From positions 2,859 to 66,858 of the forward strand of contig CAZOFJ010000005.1 in assembly GCA_964579005.1 (NCBI GenBank): a stretch of 64,000 nt of DNA. The letters run 5' to 3'. Of the stretch, positions 49,586-60,248 are shown one piece after another. Below the pieces are notes generated by a model. The model made no database searches. It had not been told where the DNA came from and saw only the letters and a program-made list of their open reading frames with translations. Made by a program: the position numbers and the translations under genes. Each line of letters begins with the position of its first letter. Position 1 is the stretch's first letter. The stretch is from an uncultured Nitrospirota bacterium. Lineage in GTDB: Bacteria > Nitrospirota > Nitrospiria > SBBL01 > Manganitrophaceae.

Positions 49586-50051
49586 CCCGCAGACCGTCGA
49601 TCGTGCGAAGCAGGTCGCTTATCGGATGCTTTCCTACCGTGACCGGAGTGTCAAAGAGATCGAAAACAAGCTTGCGGAGAAGGGATTTTCAGAGGAAATA
49701 ACCGCCGGGGTGGTTGCTTTTCTGAAGGAAGCACATTACGTTGATGACGATCGCTTTGCTTGGGAGTGGGTCTGTTCCCGGTCGGCGCATCGGCACCTCG
49801 GTCCGCTCCGCTTAAAGAGGGAACTGCTTGAGAAAGGGATTTCCATCGATGAAGCCGATCAGGCCGTCGCGCGGCTGACCCGAGAGTACGATCTGCTTGA
49901 ACAGGCGGAAACGCTTCTCCGCCGCCGCTGGAAGGATCCTGCTTTCCTTTCCGATTTAAAAAACAAACAGAGGGCGTACCTCTTTCTGCAACGAAAAGGC
50001 TTCGATGGAGAGACGATTTTAAAAGCGATAAGGAAGATAAAAAGTCAATGA
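49518..50051 (+). CDS. recX: RecA regulator RecX
   Basis: Three-repeat helical pattern (AYRMLSYRDRSVKEIENKLAEKGFS...) and its position next to alaS. The start is uncertain (GTG 49518, ATG 49530 or 49557) and overlaps the pilT 3' end. The stop overlaps the alaS ATG (ATGA). Confidence 0.75.
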   Translation: MKAGMSRTNGAKGMRNSRSTGFSPQTVDRAKQVAYRMLSYRDRSVKEIENKLAEKGFSEEITAGVVAFLKEAHYVDDDRFAWEWVCSRSAHRHLGPLRLKRELLEKGISIDEADQAVARLTREYDLLEQAETLLRRRWKDPAFLSDLKNKQRAYLFLQRKGFDGETILKAIRKIKSQ

Positions 50052-52690
50052 CCTCCTCAGAGATCCGATCCCGATTTATCCGATATTTCGTCGAACGAGG
50101 CCATGCCGAGGTGGCAAGCGCCTCCCTGATCCCGGAAAAAGATCCGACCCTTCTTTTTACCAACGCGGGGATGGTTCAATTCAAATCGGTCTTTCTGGGA
50201 GAGGAGAGACGCCCCTATCGCCGGGCCGCCTCGTCCCAGAAGTGCATGCGGGCCGGTGGGAAGCACAACGACCTCGACAACGTCGGGCAGACCGGACGGC
50301 ATCATACCTTCTTTGAGATGCTTGGCAACTTCTCCTTTGGTGACTATTTTAAGGAAGAGGCGATCACCTATGCCTGGGAGCTGCTCACACGGGAGTTTCA
50401 GCTTCCCCCCGCGCGGCTTTATGCCACTGTTTTTCGCGACGATGACGAGGCGGCCGATCTTTGGAAAAAACATGTCTCGCCCGACCGGGTTCTCCGGCTG
50501 GATGAAAAAGACAACTTCTGGCAGATGGGGGAGACCGGCCCGTGCGGCCCCTGCTCCGAGATCCTGATCGATCAGGGAGAACAGGTCCATCCCGGCTGCC
50601 CCGGCATCGGGCGGTGCGACTGTGACCGGTATCTTGAGATCTGGAACCTCGTCTTCATGCAATACAATCGGGATGCCGATGGGAAACTGACCCCCCTTCC
50701 CAAACCGAGCATCGACACCGGGATGGGATTGGAACGGATCACCGCGGTTTGCCAAGGGGTGTTGAACAATTACGAGACCGACCTCTTTCAGCCGGTTTTC
50801 AAGGCGATTTCGGAGCGCGCGAAAAAGCCTGAGAAGGAAGTCCGGGGAATGATGGCGGGGCGGGTGATCGCCGACCATCTGCGTGCCATCACTTTCCTCA
50901 TCAATGACGGGGTCCTCCCTTCGAACGAAGGGCGGGGTTATGTCCTTCGTCGTGTCCTCCGTCGGGCGGCCCGGTTTGGAAAACAGCTCGAATTCCACGA
51001 CCCGTTTCTTCACGCGATGACCAGCGTTGTAATAGATGCGATGAAAGGGGCCTATCCGGACCTGGAGCAACGCCAACGGCAGATCGAGCAGGTGGTTCTC
51101 TTGGAGGAGGAGCGGTTCGTTCATACCCTCCATCAAGGGGTTCAGCTTTTGGAAGCGATCCTCGCCGAGGTGAAGGGGCAAGGGGATACCATCGTTCCGG
51201 GGGAGAAGCTCTTTACCCTTTATGATACTTATGGTTTCCCCCTCGACCTTGCTGTAGAGATGGCGCGGGAGGCGAAGCTCGGAGTTGATGAGCCCGGCTT
51301 TCATGCCGCGATGGAGGTTCAACGGGAGCGGGCCCGGAAATCGTGGGTCGGCGCCGGGGAAGGGGAACGGGGCGAACCGATCTATCGGGCCCTGGTGGAA
51401 GAGACTGGAAAGAGTCGATTCACCGGATATGAACATTTTGAGGAAGAGGTCACCCTCCTGGCGATTCTCAAGGGGACCGAGCGGGTCTCATCGGCAAAAG
51501 GAGGTGAGACGGTCGATCTTGTTTTCAACCCCACCCCGTTCTATGCGGAGGGAGGGGGACAGGTTGGCGACCGGGGAACCCTCTCGTCCGGGACGGCGTT
51601 GGTTGAAATCGACAACACCGTCAAGCCGGTTTCCGATCTTCATCTACATCGAGGCAAAGTGATCCAGGGAACGATCACGGTCGGTGTTCGGCTCCATGCC
51701 GCCGTCGATCCCGAGGCGAGAAAAAACGCGGCGCGGAATCATACCGGGACGCACATCCTTCATGCCGTCCTACGGGAGATCCTCGGCGATCATGTGAAGC
51801 AGGCCGGTTCGCTCGTGACGCCCGATCGCCTCCGGTTCGACTTTTATCACTTTGCTCCGCTGACCGAAAAAGAGATCGACCGGATCGAGGTGCGGGTCAA
51901 CGAGCGGATTCGGCAAGATGCCGATGTCGAGACCGAAGTGATGGAGACAAAAAAGGCGATCGCCGCCGGGGCGATGGCCCTCTTCGGTGAAAAATATGGC
52001 GAGAAGGTCCGCGTGGTCCGGGTCGCTGATTTCAGCCGGGAGCTCTGCGGCGGCACTCACTGCCACGGCGCCGGTGAGATCGGTCTCTTCAAGATCGTGA
52101 AGGAGGGGAGCGTCGCCGCCGGTATTCGCCGGATCGAGGGACTCACCGGTCCGGCCGCTTATGACCATGTCAAGAATCAAGAACGCGCGCTCCGCAATCT
52201 CTCTTCCCTTCTTCGGGCCCGACCCGAAGAGGTCGTTCAGAAGGTGGAGCGCCTGAATACCCAGCTTCAAGAGAAGGATCGGGAGATCGAGCGGCTGAAG
52301 TCCCGCGCGGCGACGCCGACCTCCGACCCCATTGCCGATGTCCGGAAGATCGGGCCGGTTTCGGTGATCGCTCAAAAAACTCCTCCGGCCGAAATTAAAG
52401 AAATCCGCGCCCAGGCCGATCGGCTGCGCGATCGTCTCAAGTCGGGGATCATCGTTGTCGGCGCCCCTGATCCAAAAGGAGAAAAGGTCTCAATCGTCGT
52501 GATGGTGACCCTCGATTGGGCCCCACGGATTTCGGCGGCAGCCATTGTCAAGGAGATCGCCGTTTTGATCGAAGGGACCGGCGGCGGAAAGCCGGAGATG
52601 GCGCAGGCCGGGGGCAAACGGGTCGAAAACCTCGATGCCGCGCTCTCCGAGGCGGCGAGGGTGGTGGAAAAGATTCTAGGAACAGGTTAA
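50048..52690 (+). CDS. alaS: Alanine--tRNA ligase
   Basis: SSEIRSRFIRYFVERGH, FTNAGMVQFK, HHTFFEMLGNFSFGDYFK, editing-domain HTGTHILH and CGGTHC motifs. 880 aa. Confidence 0.98.
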   Translation: MTSSEIRSRFIRYFVERGHAEVASASLIPEKDPTLLFTNAGMVQFKSVFLGEERRPYRRAASSQKCMRAGGKHNDLDNVGQTGRHHTFFEMLGNFSFGDYFKEEAITYAWELLTREFQLPPARLYATVFRDDDEAADLWKKHVSPDRVLRLDEKDNFWQMGETGPCGPCSEILIDQGEQVHPGCPGIGRCDCDRYLEIWNLVFMQYNRDADGKLTPLPKPSIDTGMGLERITAVCQGVLNNYETDLFQPVFKAISERAKKPEKEVRGMMAGRVIADHLRAITFLINDGVLPSNEGRGYVLRRVLRRAARFGKQLEFHDPFLHAMTSVVIDAMKGAYPDLEQRQRQIEQVVLLEEERFVHTLHQGVQLLEAILAEVKGQGDTIVPGEKLFTLYDTYGFPLDLAVEMAREAKLGVDEPGFHAAMEVQRERARKSWVGAGEGERGEPIYRALVEETGKSRFTGYEHFEEEVTLLAILKGTERVSSAKGGETVDLVFNPTPFYAEGGGQVGDRGTLSSGTALVEIDNTVKPVSDLHLHRGKVIQGTITVGVRLHAAVDPEARKNAARNHTGTHILHAVLREILGDHVKQAGSLVTPDRLRFDFYHFAPLTEKEIDRIEVRVNERIRQDADVETEVMETKKAIAAGAMALFGEKYGEKVRVVRVADFSRELCGGTHCHGAGEIGLFKIVKEGSVAAGIRRIEGLTGPAAYDHVKNQERALRNLSSLLRARPEEVVQKVERLNTQLQEKDREIERLKSRAATPTSDPIADVRKIGPVSVIAQKTPPAEIKEIRAQADRLRDRLKSGIIVVGAPDPKGEKVSIVVMVTLDWAPRISAAAIVKEIAVLIEGTGGGKPEMAQAGGKRVENLDAALSEAARVVEKILGTG

Positions 52691-52709
52691 AAGCGCTTAG
52701 GGAGGAGCC

Positions 52710-53027
52710 ATGTTGACGACACTGAAGAAAGCGGCCCTGATCGGACTCGGTTTTGCCGAACGGGCCAAAGAGCTGGTCGACGAGTTGGCCAAGCGGGGAG
52801 AGACAAGTGAGAGCGAAGAGGCCCGGCGGGTCCGGTCTTTTTTCGAAACGGCCGAAAAAGGCGGGAAGGAGTTCGGTCAGAAATGTTCTGACGTCGGCAA
52901 ACGGATCGCCGGGAGTATCCGGATTCCTTCCCGGTCCGATATCGAGCGGCTGGAAAAAGAACTGGCCGATCTCACCGCGCAGTTCCACCGCTGGGAGGCG
53001 GGACAGCAGGGGAAGGGAGATCGGTAG
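52710..53027 (+). CDS. Phasin-like / PHA-granule-regulator-like small helical protein
   Basis: AALIGLGFAERAKELVDELAKRGE...SRSDIERLEKELADL resembles the COG3937 phasin-type family. Confidence 0.45.
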   Translation: MLTTLKKAALIGLGFAERAKELVDELAKRGETSESEEARRVRSFFETAEKGGKEFGQKCSDVGKRIAGSIRIPSRSDIERLEKELADLTAQFHRWEAGQQGKGDR

Positions 53028-53108
53028 GGTATTTCACCCGTTGACGGTATATCCATGTGTCTTAAATTGTGCAAAGCCACTTCTCGCATCGTGAGCTAGC
53101 CAACCATC

Positions 53109-54113
53109 ATGACCAAGTTTTTATTCACGCTTCTTTGTCTCACCCTCTTCGTCGCGGTCGGCGCTGTGGGGGGGCTTTTCTTTCTCAACGATCCTCCTTC
53201 ACAAGCCGAAACATATAAAGTCGTTGAAGTTCCCGAAGGGACGACTTTCAGCGCCGTCTCCGATCTCCTCAAACGGGAAGGATTGATCACGAACCGGGTC
53301 TATTTCCGTCTTCTCGGCATCTGGACGCAGAGCGAGAAGAAGATCAAACCGGGGGAGTATGCCTTCCATACGGCGATGCGGCCGACCGAAATTCTTGACC
53401 TGATGGTACGGGGGAAGATCGTCCAGCATCAGGTGGTGATTCCGGAAGGATCGACCGCGCGTCAGATTGCGAGAATCCTGGAAGAGGCAAAACTTGCTTC
53501 CAGCGAAGCGTTCCTGAAGGTCGTCGAAGATCCGACGTTGATGAGCGAGGTCGGCATCGAGGGGGAAAACCTGGAAGGGTATCTCTTTCCAGATACCTAC
53601 CAATTCGCGAAGAGAACCCCGCTCCGCGATATCGTCCGGCGGATGCTGATGCAATTCGTGATGGTCTACGACGAATCGCTCCGGAAACGGGCGCAGGAAC
53701 TCGGAATGACGCAGCAGGAGGTGATGACCCTCGCCTCGATCGTTGAGAAAGAAACGGGTCATCCGTCGGAGCGGGCATTGATCGCCGCCGTTTTTCACAA
53801 CCGGCTCAAGAAAAAGATGCGCCTTCAGAGCGATCCAACCGTCATCTTCGCGATGGCCGACTTCAACGGCAACATCACCAAGAAGGATCTGTCGATCCCT
53901 TCCCCCTACAACACCTATCGTTTTGGAGGTCTTCCCCCCGGCCCGATCGCCAACCCGGGAAAAGAGTCGCTCCGCGCCGCCCTTTATCCGGCCGAGGTCG
54001 ACTACCTCTACTTTGTCTCGAGGAACGACGGCACCCATTTCTTCTCCAACACCCTTCGGGAACATAACGGGGCGGTCAACAAATACCAAAAACAACCGCG
54101 CAAGAGAGTGTAA
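53109..54113 (+). CDS. mltG: Endolytic murein transglycosylase MltG (YceG-like)
   Basis: N-terminal TM anchor, [17 protein letters not shown] and QSDPTV motifs. Confidence 0.9.
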   Translation: MTKFLFTLLCLTLFVAVGAVGGLFFLNDPPSQAETYKVVEVPEGTTFSAVSDLLKREGLITNRVYFRLLGIWTQSEKKIKPGEYAFHTAMRPTEILDLMVRGKIVQHQVVIPEGSTARQIARILEEAKLASSEAFLKVVEDPTLMSEVGIEGENLEGYLFPDTYQFAKRTPLRDIVRRMLMQFVMVYDESLRKRAQELGMTQQEVMTLASIVEKETGHPSERALIAAVFHNRLKKKMRLQSDPTVIFAMADFNGNITKKDLSIPSPYNTYRFGGLPPGPIANPGKESLRAALYPAEVDYLYFVSRNDGTHFFSNTLREHNGAVNKYQKQPRKRV

Positions 54114-54124
54114 GGTTTAAACCG

Positions 54125-55321
54125 ATGTCTTCTCGCACGAGGAAAAGGGTGATCCTCCTCGTTCTCGACGGGGTTGGCGTCGGCGCCCTTCCCGATGCCG
54201 ATTTATACGGCGACGCCGGGAGTGACACCTTGGGCCATCTCTCTCGCGCGGTGGAGCACTTTCGCCTACCGATGCTGGAGAAATGGGGGCTAGGACGAAT
54301 CGGCCGGTTGGCCGGGGTCTCGCCGGTGGCCGATCCGATCGCCCACTTCGGCAAGATGGCCGAACGGTCCGCCGGGAAAGATACGATCATCGGCCATTGG
54401 GAAATGATGGGGGTGATCACTCCGATCCCCTTCCCGACCTACCCGAACGGTTTTCCGCCGGAAGTGATTGCCCTTTTCGAAGAGGCAATCGGGCGAAAGA
54501 TCTTGGGGAACAAGGTTGCCTCCGGAACGGAGATCATCCAGGAGTTGGGCGGGGAGCATCTGGCGACCGGCGCGCCGATCGTCTATACCTCCGCCGATTC
54601 GGTCTTTCAGATTGCCGCGCATGAGAAGACAATCCCGCCGGAGAGTCTCTATCAAATTTGCCGGATCGCGCGAGAAATTCTGAAGCCGCCGCACCAGGTC
54701 GCCCGTGTGATCGCCCGACCGTTCGTCAGCGCGCCGGGGCGATTCGTCCGGACCGACCGCCGGCGCGATTTCTCCGTCGCCCCGCCGACCGAGACGCTGC
54801 TCGACCGGCTTCGGGCCGCATCGATCCCGGTGATCGGGATCGGAAAGATTGAAGACATCTTCTCGGGCCGAGGGATTTCCGAGGCGATCCACACGCACGA
54901 CAATAACGACGGCATCGACCAAACGGTCCGTTCCCTTGAACGGACCGACAGCGGATTGATCTTCACGAACCTGGTCGATTTTGATATGCTCTACGGCCAT
55001 CGCAACGACGCCGTCGGTTATGCCAAGGCGCTGGTCACGTTCGATCGACGCCTTCCAGAGATCGTCTCGAAAATGCGGAAAGATGATTGGTTGATTCTCA
55101 CCGCCGACCACGGGAATGACCCCCTCTTTCCCGGCACTGATCATACGCGCGAGTATGTGCCGCTGTTGGTTTTTCAAAAAGGAATTCAGTCCGGCGTTGA
55201 TCTCGGCACGCGATCGACCTTTGCCGACCTGGGCCAGACACTCGCGGAGATTTTCGGGGTGGGACCGCTCCCGGTCGGAGAGAGCGTTCTTCCCCAGATC
55301 GAAACACCCTTCGGAAAATAA
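54125..55321 (+). CDS. deoB: Phosphopentomutase
   Basis: [29 protein letters not shown]-terminus, with TADHGNDP near the C-terminus. Confidence 0.92.
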   Translation: MSSRTRKRVILLVLDGVGVGALPDADLYGDAGSDTLGHLSRAVEHFRLPMLEKWGLGRIGRLAGVSPVADPIAHFGKMAERSAGKDTIIGHWEMMGVITPIPFPTYPNGFPPEVIALFEEAIGRKILGNKVASGTEIIQELGGEHLATGAPIVYTSADSVFQIAAHEKTIPPESLYQICRIAREILKPPHQVARVIARPFVSAPGRFVRTDRRRDFSVAPPTETLLDRLRAASIPVIGIGKIEDIFSGRGISEAIHTHDNNDGIDQTVRSLERTDSGLIFTNLVDFDMLYGHRNDAVGYAKALVTFDRRLPEIVSKMRKDDWLILTADHGNDPLFPGTDHTREYVPLLVFQKGIQSGVDLGTRSTFADLGQTLAEIFGVGPLPVGESVLPQIETPFGK

Positions 55322-55344
55322 AAATTTTATTGGAGAGTCCCTCG

Positions 55345-55806
55345 ATGGAATACGAAAAGAAACTGCAATCGCTCGGATTTACCCTTCCCCCCCCGCCCAA
55401 GCCGGTGGCAACCTATGTCCCGGCGGTTCGAAGCGGGAACTTTCTTTTTCTCTCCGGGATGATTCCAATGGTCGAAGGAAAGATGGCGATGGTGGGAAAG
55501 CTGGGGAAGGAGCTGACGGTGGAGCAGGGGCAGGAGGCGGCCCGGATCACCCTGCTCAATGCGTTGGCGGTCATCAAGGCCGAGCTCGGCTCGTTGGATG
55601 AGATCAAAAAAATCGTCCGGATCGGCGTCCATGTCGCATCGAGTGAAGGGTTCACCCAGCAACCGGCGGTCGCCAACGGCGCGTCGGATCTCCTGGTCCA
55701 GATTTTCGGCGAAGTTGGCCGCCATGCACGCCTGGCGCTCGGCACCGCCGAACTGCCGCTCGGCGCCCCGGTAGAGTTGGAGATGATTGTGGAGGTGGGG
55801 GGATAG
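55345..55806 (+). CDS. RidA/YjgF-family protein
   Basis: GGAGAG lies 7 nt before the ATG at 55345. The SGQ-type segment LFLSGMIP and the C-terminal LPLGAPVELEMIVEV are as in RidA-family proteins. Confidence 0.8.
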   Translation: MEYEKKLQSLGFTLPPPPKPVATYVPAVRSGNFLFLSGMIPMVEGKMAMVGKLGKELTVEQGQEAARITLLNALAVIKAELGSLDEIKKIVRIGVHVASSEGFTQQPAVANGASDLLVQIFGEVGRHARLALGTAELPLGAPVELEMIVEVGG

Positions 55807-55856
55807 AAGATTGATCTTTCATTGACTCATTTACGTCAAGCTGGTATGTTGTTGAG

Positions 55857-56108
55857 GTGTCTTCCAAACCGGTCCGATATCACCGCCACGCCAAGAAGCG
55901 AATGAATGAGAGGACGGCCACCTCAGTGGAAGTGGAAGAGGTCCTCAAAAATCCAGATCGATTGGAACCGAGTGTCAAAGGAAGGTACAATGCTTTTAAG
56001 TTTATGAATGGGCGGTTTGTGAGGGTGACTTATCAGGAGATTGCGGATCATTTTCTGGTGATTACGGTCGTCGTGAGAAGAAGGCCCTTTCAGGGAGCAA
56101 CGAAATGA
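55857..56108 (+). CDS. DUF4258-family putative toxin (83 aa)
   Basis: YHRHAKKRMNERTATSVEVEEVL pattern (HA..RM.ER.I). GTG start. 4-nt overlap with the next gene. Confidence 0.55.
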   Translation: MSSKPVRYHRHAKKRMNERTATSVEVEEVLKNPDRLEPSVKGRYNAFKFMNGRFVRVTYQEIADHFLVITVVVRRRPFQGATK

Positions 56109-56323
56109 AGATTGAATACAGTAAAGATATCGATGCACTCTATATCAAGCTAAAAGAAGCGAATGTTGCTGACTCATTGGACATTGAAGAGGGAGTCACG
56201 GTGGATCTGGATGAGAATCGCCACATCATCGGGATTGAAATCCTCGACGCCAGCGAGAAGTTGGAACTCTCCAATCTCGTGAACATCACCATCGAAAACC
56301 TTCCTGTCGAAAAGGTGTCGTAA
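56105..56323 (+). CDS. DUF2283-family putative antitoxin (72 aa)
   Basis: MKIEYSKDIDALYIKL...VDLDENRHIIGIEILDAS is the DUF2283 signature. Confidence 0.6.
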   Translation: MKIEYSKDIDALYIKLKEANVADSLDIEEGVTVDLDENRHIIGIEILDASEKLELSNLVNITIENLPVEKVS

Positions 56324-56539
56324 GTTCCATGATGACCCCCCATCATTTCAACACCCAATGACTTTCCCTTCCTTTTCCATTTACTGATCTGAATTACTCC
56401 AGCAGGAGATCCCCTCATGGCTCGCCGGAAGAATACGGGGTCGAGAAGTCTGACAAAAAGCCGATCGTTCAATATGACCATCCTGGAAAAACACGTAGGA
56501 AAGATTCTTTTACCTTAACCTGTCCGTTGCTCAAGCGGT

Positions 56540-57772
56540 TTATCGAAGCGCCTTCTCGATAATGGCCAGCCCCTTCCGCATCTCCGGTTCGGAGAGGGTC
56601 AGCGGCGGGGCGATCCGGACGACCGTTTCGGTATGGAGGGTCCAGCCGAGGATCAGGCCGGCCTTCCGGCATCGACCGACGAATCGCGCGGTCCGCTCCG
56701 GGTCGGAGAGTTCCAGACCGATCATCAATCCCTTTCCCCGGACGTCGCGGATCGCATCGCTTTTTTCGGCCATCTTCCGAAGCGCGGTTCGAATCTTTTC
56801 CCCGATCCGGCTGGCCCGCGCCGGGAGGTTTTTTTTCACGACCAGATCAAGCGCGGCAAGCCCCGCGGCACATGACACCGGATGTCCCCCGAAGGTGGTG
56901 ACATGGGAGAGGGGAGGATCGACCGAGAGGGTTTTCATGATCGCTGGGCTTGAAATGAAGGCGCCAAGCGGCATCCCTCCCCCCATCGACTTGGCGACGG
57001 TGAGAATGTCGGGGACCACCTTCCAATGTTCCATCGCGAAGAGCTTGCCGGTTCGTCCGAAGCCGGTTTGAACCTCGTCGAAGATCAAGAGCGCCCCGAC
57101 CTCGCTGCAGCGGGCGCGAAGGGCGGGAAGAAACCGGTCGTCCGAGATTCGAATCCCCCCTTCCCCCTGGATCGGCTCGGTGATGACAGCGGCGACCGAC
57201 CGGTCGATCTTGCGAAGCGCTTTCAGATCATCGAACGGGAGGAAGACCACCTCCGGAAGAAGCGGCTCGAACGGCTTGCGGTAGACCTCCCGGCCGGTGA
57301 CGGAGCAGGCGCCGTGGGTGTCGCCGTGAAAGCTCCCCTCAAAACCGATCAGCCGTTTCCGCCCGCTGAACTTCTTCGCCAGTTTCAACGCCCCCTCGTT
57401 TGCCTCGGTCCCGCTGTTGGTAAAATAGACCTGGGAGAGCGGTTTCGGAAGGAGCTGTGCCAATCGGGTTGCCAGATCGATCTGGGGGGCCTGAAGATAT
57501 TCGCCGTAGACCATCACATGGAGATATTTCTTGGTCTGGGCTTGGATCGCTTTTACGACCGCCGGGTGGGTATGGCCGATATTTGCCACGCCGATGCCGG
57601 AGATGAAGTCGAGATAGGCCTTCCCGTCGGTGGTGTAAATGTACGACCCCGAGGCGCGCTCTATTTCAAGGCCGATCGGGTTGGGGGAGGTTTGACACAG
57701 GTGTCTGAGAAAACGGCGGCGGAGGGGGGTCATGGTTTCCGTGTCTGTCTCCAACCATTTCCCGAAGGTCAC
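56540..57772 (-). CDS. Class-III pyridoxal-phosphate-dependent aminotransferase
   Basis: GIGVANIGHTHP, FTNSGTEANE, DEVQTGFGRTGKLFA, and the PLP-Lys context TVAKSMGGGMPLGAF. Confidence 0.85.
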   Translation of the reverse strand: MTFGKWLETDTETMTPLRRRFLRHLCQTSPNPIGLEIERASGSYIYTTDGKAYLDFISGIGVANIGHTHPAVVKAIQAQTKKYLHVMVYGEYLQAPQIDLATRLAQLLPKPLSQVYFTNSGTEANEGALKLAKKFSGRKRLIGFEGSFHGDTHGACSVTGREVYRKPFEPLLPEVVFLPFDDLKALRKIDRSVAAVITEPIQGEGGIRISDDRFLPALRARCSEVGALLIFDEVQTGFGRTGKLFAMEHWKVVPDILTVAKSMGGGMPLGAFISSPAIMKTLSVDPPLSHVTTFGGHPVSCAAGLAALDLVVKKNLPARASRIGEKIRTALRKMAEKSDAIRDVRGKGLMIGLELSDPERTARFVGRCRKAGLILGWTLHTETVVRIAPPLTLSEPEMRKGLAIIEKALR

Positions 57773-59127
57773 GGATTTTCCCAGTCAACGAAGCGGAGGA
57801 GGTCGAGGAGCCGGAACCGTCCGTCGTGATGCCAGGTGAGGGGGGGCGTCTGCATTTCTCCGATCGGGCAGATGCGACTGACCCCCATCGAAGCCAAGGC
57901 GGTGACGATTTTTCCCTGCCGTGCCTCCGGAATGGCGATTCCGACTGCTTGAAGAAAAGACCGGATCGGTTCGAGAAAGCGGATCACCTCGGAAAGATCG
58001 GGGAGCGGCTTGACCCAGACGGTTCTCGATAGCGGGGAAACCGAGAAGGCCGGATCGGGATCATAGAGGACGGTCCAGTCGCACCCTTGGGGGCTTTCGA
58101 AGACCCGGCCCCCCGCGAGCGGGATCGTCCCCCGAAGCTGCTGGATCCGGGACGCCTCGCCGGGAGAGGTCATTCCTTTAGGGAGTTGAACCGCGGCGGT
58201 GGAGAGTGCTTCTGCCAGCCATTGGGCAAATTCGAGGGGGGTCGATCGGCCCCCCGCTTCGACATAATAGAGATGCGGCGAGAGGCATCCGCGCTGATCG
58301 TAAGGAACAACGTCGGTTGCCGCCCGCGTAGCAGCATCTTTGTTGATCAATTCCCGAGCGATCACTCCCAAGCTCAAACGATGGCCGTGAAAGAGTGTCC
58401 GGGCCGTTGCGGGGATCTCCTTCCGAAGTGTCTCAATCGTCTCTCCCCCCCCATAAAGGATGACGCAATCGGCCTTCCGCAAGACGGCACGGGTCAGTTC
58501 GATTGCCCCGTTTTCCCAGGTGAGGATCGCCAGGCACTTCGCCAGATCGGGGTGGATTTTCAAAAGCGACTCGGCGAAGAGGACCGGCAGGAGGAATTCT
58601 TTCCGGCTGACCTTCGCAAGGCTCGACGACTTTGTAAGGAGGGCGCAGACGAGGCTGAGGATGGCGGTTCCCGGGAGATTCCCCGGGAGGATGTGCGCGG
58701 TCAGCCGGGGACCGACGGCGCGGGTGAACCCGACTCCTTTCGGCTTCGGCCGGAAATGATCGAGGAGGGAGGGATCGCCCAACTCCGCTTCGAGAAGCTG
58801 CATCAGGAGCGGACGGGTCAACTGTTTGAAGAGGTCGTCGAGGGCGAATCGGACCATTTGGGGCGAATCGCCGGTGATCCGGGGGAGGAGCGATTCGGCC
58901 TCCCGCCGGATCGAGTCGTTCGGATCGGTCCAGCAGCGGGCGGCGGCGTCGATCCAGTCGACGATCTTGAAGATCGATTCGGCGGCCAACCGTTTTTGAG
59001 CCGCGATCAGCCGATCCGAGAGCAAAACCATTTCCGATGCTGTAAGACACGGAACCCGGATTGGAACACCCCGGTATTCTTGTTCCTCTTCCTCAACGGA
59101 GAAGGCGGGTAGATAATACCCTTTCAT
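57769..59127 (-). CDS. LuxC-family acyl-CoA (acyl-protein) reductase
   Basis: ILPGNLPGTAILSLVCALLTKSSSLAKVS and DQRGCLSPH (catalytic-Cys context) resemble the LuxC/aldehyde-dehydrogenase-like family. It overlaps both neighbours by 4 nt. Confidence 0.6.
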   Translation of the reverse strand: MKGYYLPAFSVEEEEQEYRGVPIRVPCLTASEMVLLSDRLIAAQKRLAAESIFKIVDWIDAAARCWTDPNDSIRREAESLLPRITGDSPQMVRFALDDLFKQLTRPLLMQLLEAELGDPSLLDHFRPKPKGVGFTRAVGPRLTAHILPGNLPGTAILSLVCALLTKSSSLAKVSRKEFLLPVLFAESLLKIHPDLAKCLAILTWENGAIELTRAVLRKADCVILYGGGETIETLRKEIPATARTLFHGHRLSLGVIARELINKDAATRAATDVVPYDQRGCLSPHLYYVEAGGRSTPLEFAQWLAEALSTAAVQLPKGMTSPGEASRIQQLRGTIPLAGGRVFESPQGCDWTVLYDPDPAFSVSPLSRTVWVKPLPDLSEVIRFLEPIRSFLQAVGIAIPEARQGKIVTALASMGVSRICPIGEMQTPPLTWHHDGRFRLLDLLRFVDWENP

Positions 59128-60248
59128 CTTTCTTTCGCCTCCCTATCAGTTTGCAATAAATCATCAAGGGTGATGGAGCACCCCTTCGCTTCCGCCCCCG
59201 GCGCCCGGCCAAGGAGAACAAATCCCCCCTCGACCTCCCGGCCAAGATCCTCGGTGAGAATCGCCAGGGCTGAGTCGATGTTGGCGAGATCGTAGTGGGC
59301 GAGAAGGCCGACCTTCCCTTTGGAAACCGGTTCCAGTGTCTCCGGATGAAGAAACCGGGTTCGAACTTGCGGCGGGGCGACATAAACGCGCCGGCCCGAT
59401 CTTCCGGCGATGCCGTCATAAAACTGAGAAGAAATCTCCGACATTCCATATTCGTTGATACAGTATTCGGGGGAAAGGCCGAAGTTTTCTCGGTAGAGGG
59501 AATAGAGTTGCTCGCGCGGGATCTCCCGCGATCTTCCCTTGAAGCCGCCGGTGTCCATCAACCGGCTTCCCGCCGGGAGTGGCAGGCGGAGTGACCGCTC
59601 CCGCAAGAAGTCGAGGAGGTGGACGAAGGAGAACGAGGTTCCGAGGAGGGCCACCGGCTCCCGGAGTGTTGACAATGCTGTGATCAACGGCTCGAAAAGG
59701 AGGCGGCCGTTCTCAATATAGTATCGGCTTTCATCGGTTCCGTAGGCATCGCGGACCACCCCCATCATGTGCGCCAGAGAAGAGTCGGGGGTCTCTTCCG
59801 GAGACGGGGTGAGAATTGCCATCCGGATCGGTTTTCCCTCCGGCAGCAGGTGTCTTTGAAAATAGCGGAGAATGGCGGCTCGGGCGAGTTCGAGATCGAA
59901 GAGCGCATGGCGGCTCCGCTGGCCTAAAAAATATGAAGGCCCCCCGTCCCTTCCAATCGGTTCGCCGAGAGTTCCGCCGGTCGTCCCGCTCGACCGGAAG
60001 ATCCGCGATGCCTGCGCGATCGGCCGGCATGAGATCTCCGCGATTTTGAAAGCGGTCGCCGGGAGAGGTGGAATCTCTTGCCACGATCGAACGGTTTCCG
60101 GATTCCGGTTTCTGGAAAGACAAAACTGCCGGTAAGGGGGATTCTGATCGAACTGGTATCGGAAGAGGTCGCGCGCCGCCTCTTCGAAGCAGGGATCGGG
60201 GAGGGGTGCCTCCTTCGATTCGATGATCTGCCGGATCTTTTCTCGCAT
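59124..60248 (-). CDS. LuxE-family acyl-protein synthetase / adenylate-forming enzyme
   Basis: LFRYQFDQNPPYRQFC...WQEIPPLPATAFK...FRSSGTTGG is the LuxE N-terminal signature. Start at ATG 60248 is preferred; GTG 60311 is possible. Confidence 0.65.
   Translation of the reverse strand: MREKIRQIIESKEAPLPDPCFEEAARDLFRYQFDQNPPYRQFCLSRNRNPETVRSWQEIPPLPATAFKIAEISCRPIAQASRIFRSSGTTGGTLGEPIGRDGGPSYFLGQRSRHALFDLELARAAILRYFQRHLLPEGKPIRMAILTPSPEETPDSSLAHMMGVVRDAYGTDESRYYIENGRLLFEPLITALSTLREPVALLGTSFSFVHLLDFLRERSLRLPLPAGSRLMDTGGFKGRSREIPREQLYSLYRENFGLSPEYCINEYGMSEISSQFYDGIAGRSGRRVYVAPPQVRTRFLHPETLEPVSKGKVGLLAHYDLANIDSALAILTEDLGREVEGGFVLLGRAPGAEAKGCSITLDDLLQTDREAKER

Noticed and set aside
50057-51436. 459-aa ORF antisense to alaS. 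Similar antisense ORFs lie in the capsid gene (8214..9482), the bd-like oxidase gene (32437..33501), mltG (53199..54095), deoB (54290..55177) and the LuxC-like gene (58087..59112).
   Set aside because: The sense-strand products are unmistakable conserved proteins. The antisense frames are typical high-GC artefacts.
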